Assembly (NCBI RefSeq): GCF_006345805.1
Contig: NW_021835320.1
Location: 1 to 40,908 of the forward strand
Direction of reading: 5' to 3'
DNA from: Octopus sinensis
Lineage: Eukaryota
DNA length: 40,908 bases
Made by a program: the position numbers and the translations under genes. The notes under the pieces are model-generated. The model had not been told where the DNA came from and ran no database searches. It saw only the letters and a program-made list of their open reading frames with translations. Shown in pieces: positions 37,352-40,908 of this stretch; positions within the stretch are counted from its first letter, which is position 1; each line of letters opens with the position of its first letter.

Positions 37352-37449
37352 GTACTGTTGCTGAATATCTCACATTGTGAGATTCAAAAAATAGTAATTT
37401 TCTTACTCATTTTTTATTGCGCAGACAGTGTAGGAGGTGAAGGACGGTG

Positions 37450-38260
37450 AGGTATTTCAGGGATTCCGAGACGTGAAGCAGAAACATGAACGGTATCAGG
37501 AACTTAGACACCCCTATCTCAAACTTTTACAATTGAGCAGAGTCGGATGAAAAGTATCCTGAGGAATAATGATGGAGGAGTATGACTTTGCAGCGTGATA
37601 TACAGTGGGGTATAGCTACCATATTTTACATATTTTATATATTATTCTAATAGTAATTCATTATAGTGTTATCATGCGACTGTCTCATCTATAAGCGCAC
37701 CAATTATTGTTTGTATGAGATCAATGTGCTTAAGAAACTGAATTATCTTTCAAACCATTGCGACAGATGGCAGGGGGTGCTTCATATCTCGTAATGAAGT
37801 TTTTTTTTTTTTTCAATTCCTTATGAGATACCCCTATGAAGATATGCATCAAAACTTGTTTTATAATGCATATGAGTTTTGAAATATAATAAGAAAACTG
37901 AACGATGCACCATTTCGCGTATGATATCAAAACATTAGATTTTTGCATTCAATTCCCTTGGGCATATCACATATCGTATAACATAGAGTCTTCATATATA
38001 ATTAGAATGTTGGAAATTATTAAACCACAATTACAGGAGTCTTTAAACTTGATGAGTGTGCCTTTTGCGGAGAAGGTCGGCGTGTTATATGTATCAGAGA
38101 GTCCTATCGTTTCCTATCTTGACATGTGACAGAATAAAAAAAATATTGCGGAATGTCTTCGTTGGTTTTTGTTGCTTTCTTTCCAAGATGAGACCGTGTC
38201 TTCTGACCGTTGACGATTTAGGCAATAATGATGAATCGACCCGGTGATGTTTGGGCGGGG
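37450..38260 (+). mobile_element. Highly degenerate RTE-like reverse transcriptase remnant
   Basis: Frameshifted pieces ILRNNDG / RMLEIIKPQLQE / ECAFCGEGR / RNVFVGF follow the order of the N-terminal LINE RT motifs (RL..IIEPQL.E.Q.GFR.GR...VF.DF). Confidence 0.35.
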
Positions 38261-38409
38261 CGTAGAGGAAATGTCGCGAGTTCAAGCTCTTAACGAGCTT
38301 ACTTGGAAAGCATTCCTATGATTAATATCGGCCGCACCCCTACTGCCACTCTCGCAGAGATATCAAAGTCAACAAATAATGTTCAATGAAGATCAATAAA
38401 TAACGACGA

Positions 38410-38414
38410 TATTG

Positions 38415-38447
<33 letters not shown>

Positions 38448-38458
38448 TAATAATAATC

Positions 38459-38491
<33 letters not shown>

Positions 38492-38524
38492 GTAATAATA
38501 ATAATAATAATAATTTTAATAATG

Positions 38525-38623
<99 letters not shown>

Positions 38624-39126
38624 GTAATGATAATAATAATGAAATGATTTATCTAACCGAAATCAGCAAATTACAATTAACACGAGAAAAACAGCGTTAA
38701 CAAAACATTATCAACATTATCAACACTATCAACATCTGCAGATGCATTGACGTCGTTGTAATCGCCACCACCGTCTTCAACCACCGGACAAAGAATTGAG
38801 AATTTTAAAAAAAAGCGGACTAAAATGTTATGAAAAAAAAAATAACCGCAAACAAAATAGTGCTGACGTCGGGCGCAGTAAAATTAATATGGCTTCTTTA
38901 GTTTTATGTTATTTATTTTGTATTTCTTTCAGCATTGTTTTATAATATTAAAAAAAATCAAAAAAAAATTCTAATAAGGTTAACAAAAAGAAAATGAAAG
39001 ACGGAATGGAAATATCTGATATTAGACGACAATAGAATTAATAGCACTAATAATAATGATGATTATGATAACGGCAATAATGATAATAATAATGATAATA
39101 ATAATGATAATAATAATAATAATAAC

Positions 39127-39157
<31 letters not shown>

Positions 39158-39700
39158 TAATAATAATATAATGATAATAATAATAATAAAATAATAATAA
39201 TAATAATATAATAATAATAATAATAATAATCGCAGCAACAATCTGTTTATCAACAGGACTACCAATGACGCCAACGAAACACCAACTGTATCTTACTTTC
39301 AAACATTAAGAATTAATTCTGTTTCGATTTTGTTGTTCTTGATGCTGTTGTTTCTGTAATTATTATCAAAAAAAAAATGTCAACAATCGTTTCTTTTATT
39401 CGCTTGCATCCAAACTTTAATGGAAACTAAACATAATAACACCATTCATAATAATAATAGTAGTAGTAGTAGTAGTAGTAGTAATAAAATAATAATAATA
39501 ATAATATAATAATAATAATAATAAAATGAGATGATAATATAATAATAATAATAATAATAATAATATAATAATAATAATAATAGGAGCCGGGAAGACACTC
39601 GGCAAGAAATGGAAGCAAATTTGAAAGAAGAACAAAAGGTATAATAATAATAATATAATTAATAATAATAATAATATAATAATAATAATATAAAAATAAT
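38410..39700. repeat. Several (AAT)n arrays (38410-38640, 39050-39230, 39450-39700)
   Basis: Direct reading of the sequence. Confidence 0.93.
39581..39632 (-). repeat. Second copy of the 52-nt core of the 6250-6840 element
   Basis: One mismatch relative to 6298-6349; embedded in (AAT)n. Confidence 0.85.
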
Positions 39701-40554
39701 CCTAATAAGAACAATAACGTGTACTATTACGTTTCGAAAATCAGCTCTTTTTATCGACTAGATCACTTGACCAAATCTCAGACTATGAGAATTGCAGACG
39801 CACCAATGACGAAAAGCTTGCAATGGAATTAAGACATAAATGAGAAGCGGCATTGAATATGCGTGTCACGCAGTCTTCGGTTCATATACTGGACTGAGTA
39901 GCGGGAGGATGCGAACGAGGGGTAAGCAGGAGAAATATGTATCAAGTGATGTAAAACTACATTAACATAGATGTCACTTGCGACAAGGTTGATGATAGGA
40001 AAACCAGCTAACGAAATATGCGGACCATATTCCGGGCAGCCCCAAAATACAAGGGACAGTATCGATAGAAATATTAGTAAAATGGAGAGAGAGAGAAACA
40101 AAGAAAGATATGCAGCAGGAAAGAGAGAGAGACAGACAGACAGACAAAGACAGAGAAATTGAAAATATATCAGAAGGTGCGTTGGCTTTGGGTAACTAGA
40201 CTGGCAGTAAAGATTCCGTATACGGACATATGCTAATGAGTAAAGCAGTATGAGGCTTCGACAGGGATAGTTTTTGTTCAGTTACACATATTTCCTTATT
40301 TAATCCCTTTTCTTCCTATGGAGCAAATAACATAGACGCCTATCCTCTTTTGTTCCCGACGCCGGGCTTTAATTTCTGCTTCTCTCCAACTGGGTCTTTG
40401 CTGATTAAATGGTTTCTAGCTGATACGAGAATCTCTTCGAAGTCTTGTTGGCTTTGAATTGTAATCGATGCTTCCGTAAATTGGCTTTCTTCAAGATAGA
40501 AGAGATTCTCAACCCCAAACTAATCTTTACCAATGGTAAAAGGTCGTCTATATC

Positions 40555-40612
40555 TGTTTCTTTATTACCCACAAGGGGCTAAACATAGAGGGTTCAAACA
40601 AGGATAGACAAC
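40555..40612 (-). mobile_element. Severely 5'-truncated SINE family B tail with 13-bp TSD
   Basis: TSD ggtcgtctatatc at 40542-40554 and 40613-40625; the insert matches the family B 3' tail. Confidence 0.85.
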
Positions 40613-40908
40613 GGTCGTCTATATCAAAATGGTCTCTGTTTTGTCATTGTCCGGCTTAGGTTTCCCAGCAAACAGCTTCCGGTCTCCTGCCAAGGCTCCC
40701 AGGATCATTGAGATACACATGCGACTTCAGAGTAACTAGATATTGTGGTGGTATAAAAAAGTGCACTTCTTTGAAAATTTCCTATACAATTTCACTATGA
40801 AAATCCCTGAAGCAAAACTACAAAAAATGTTTCTGAAATTTTGAGAATAAAAAATGTGACAATTATTTGTAATGGCAATTATGCTAATTAAAAAAATTAA
40901 ATGATGTA

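Noticed and set aside
37425-37446. 22-nt micro-exon with a good acceptor
   Set aside because: Too short to evaluate, and it lies between a foldback element and a LINE relic.
38038-38110. PHD-finger-like DECAFCGEG peptide
   Set aside because: It lacks the remaining Cys/His ligands and fits better as a frameshifted RT motif in the surrounding LINE remnant.
39721-39765. Hammerhead on the minus strand (…TTC-GAAAC-GTA-ATAG)
   Set aside because: Only the 3' half of the core is present; the CUGANGA position has three mismatches and the stems are weak.

Overview
AT-rich, microsatellite-dense eukaryotic non-coding DNA. The tRNA/CORE-type SINEs and overall repeat landscape suggest a coleoid cephalopod such as Octopus (inference). 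No complete host gene can be supported, and nearly all listed ORFs are simple-repeat artefacts. The window holds at least four tRNA-derived SINE families (working labels A-D), CR1-type LINE 3' fragments, a truncated mariner, probable RTE/APE, Merlin-like and Penelope-like remnants, and a higher-order (TG)n satellite. The main unexplained signal is a set of minimal type I hammerhead ribozyme motifs: one with an intact core at 26880-26914(+), one core variant at 24935-24970(-), and degenerate ones at 6726-6773(+), 25271-25317(-) and 37210-37255(-). They lie in different small non-coding repeat units, several with inverted arms. This suggests a family of miniature, non-autonomous Penelope-like/retrozyme-like elements.
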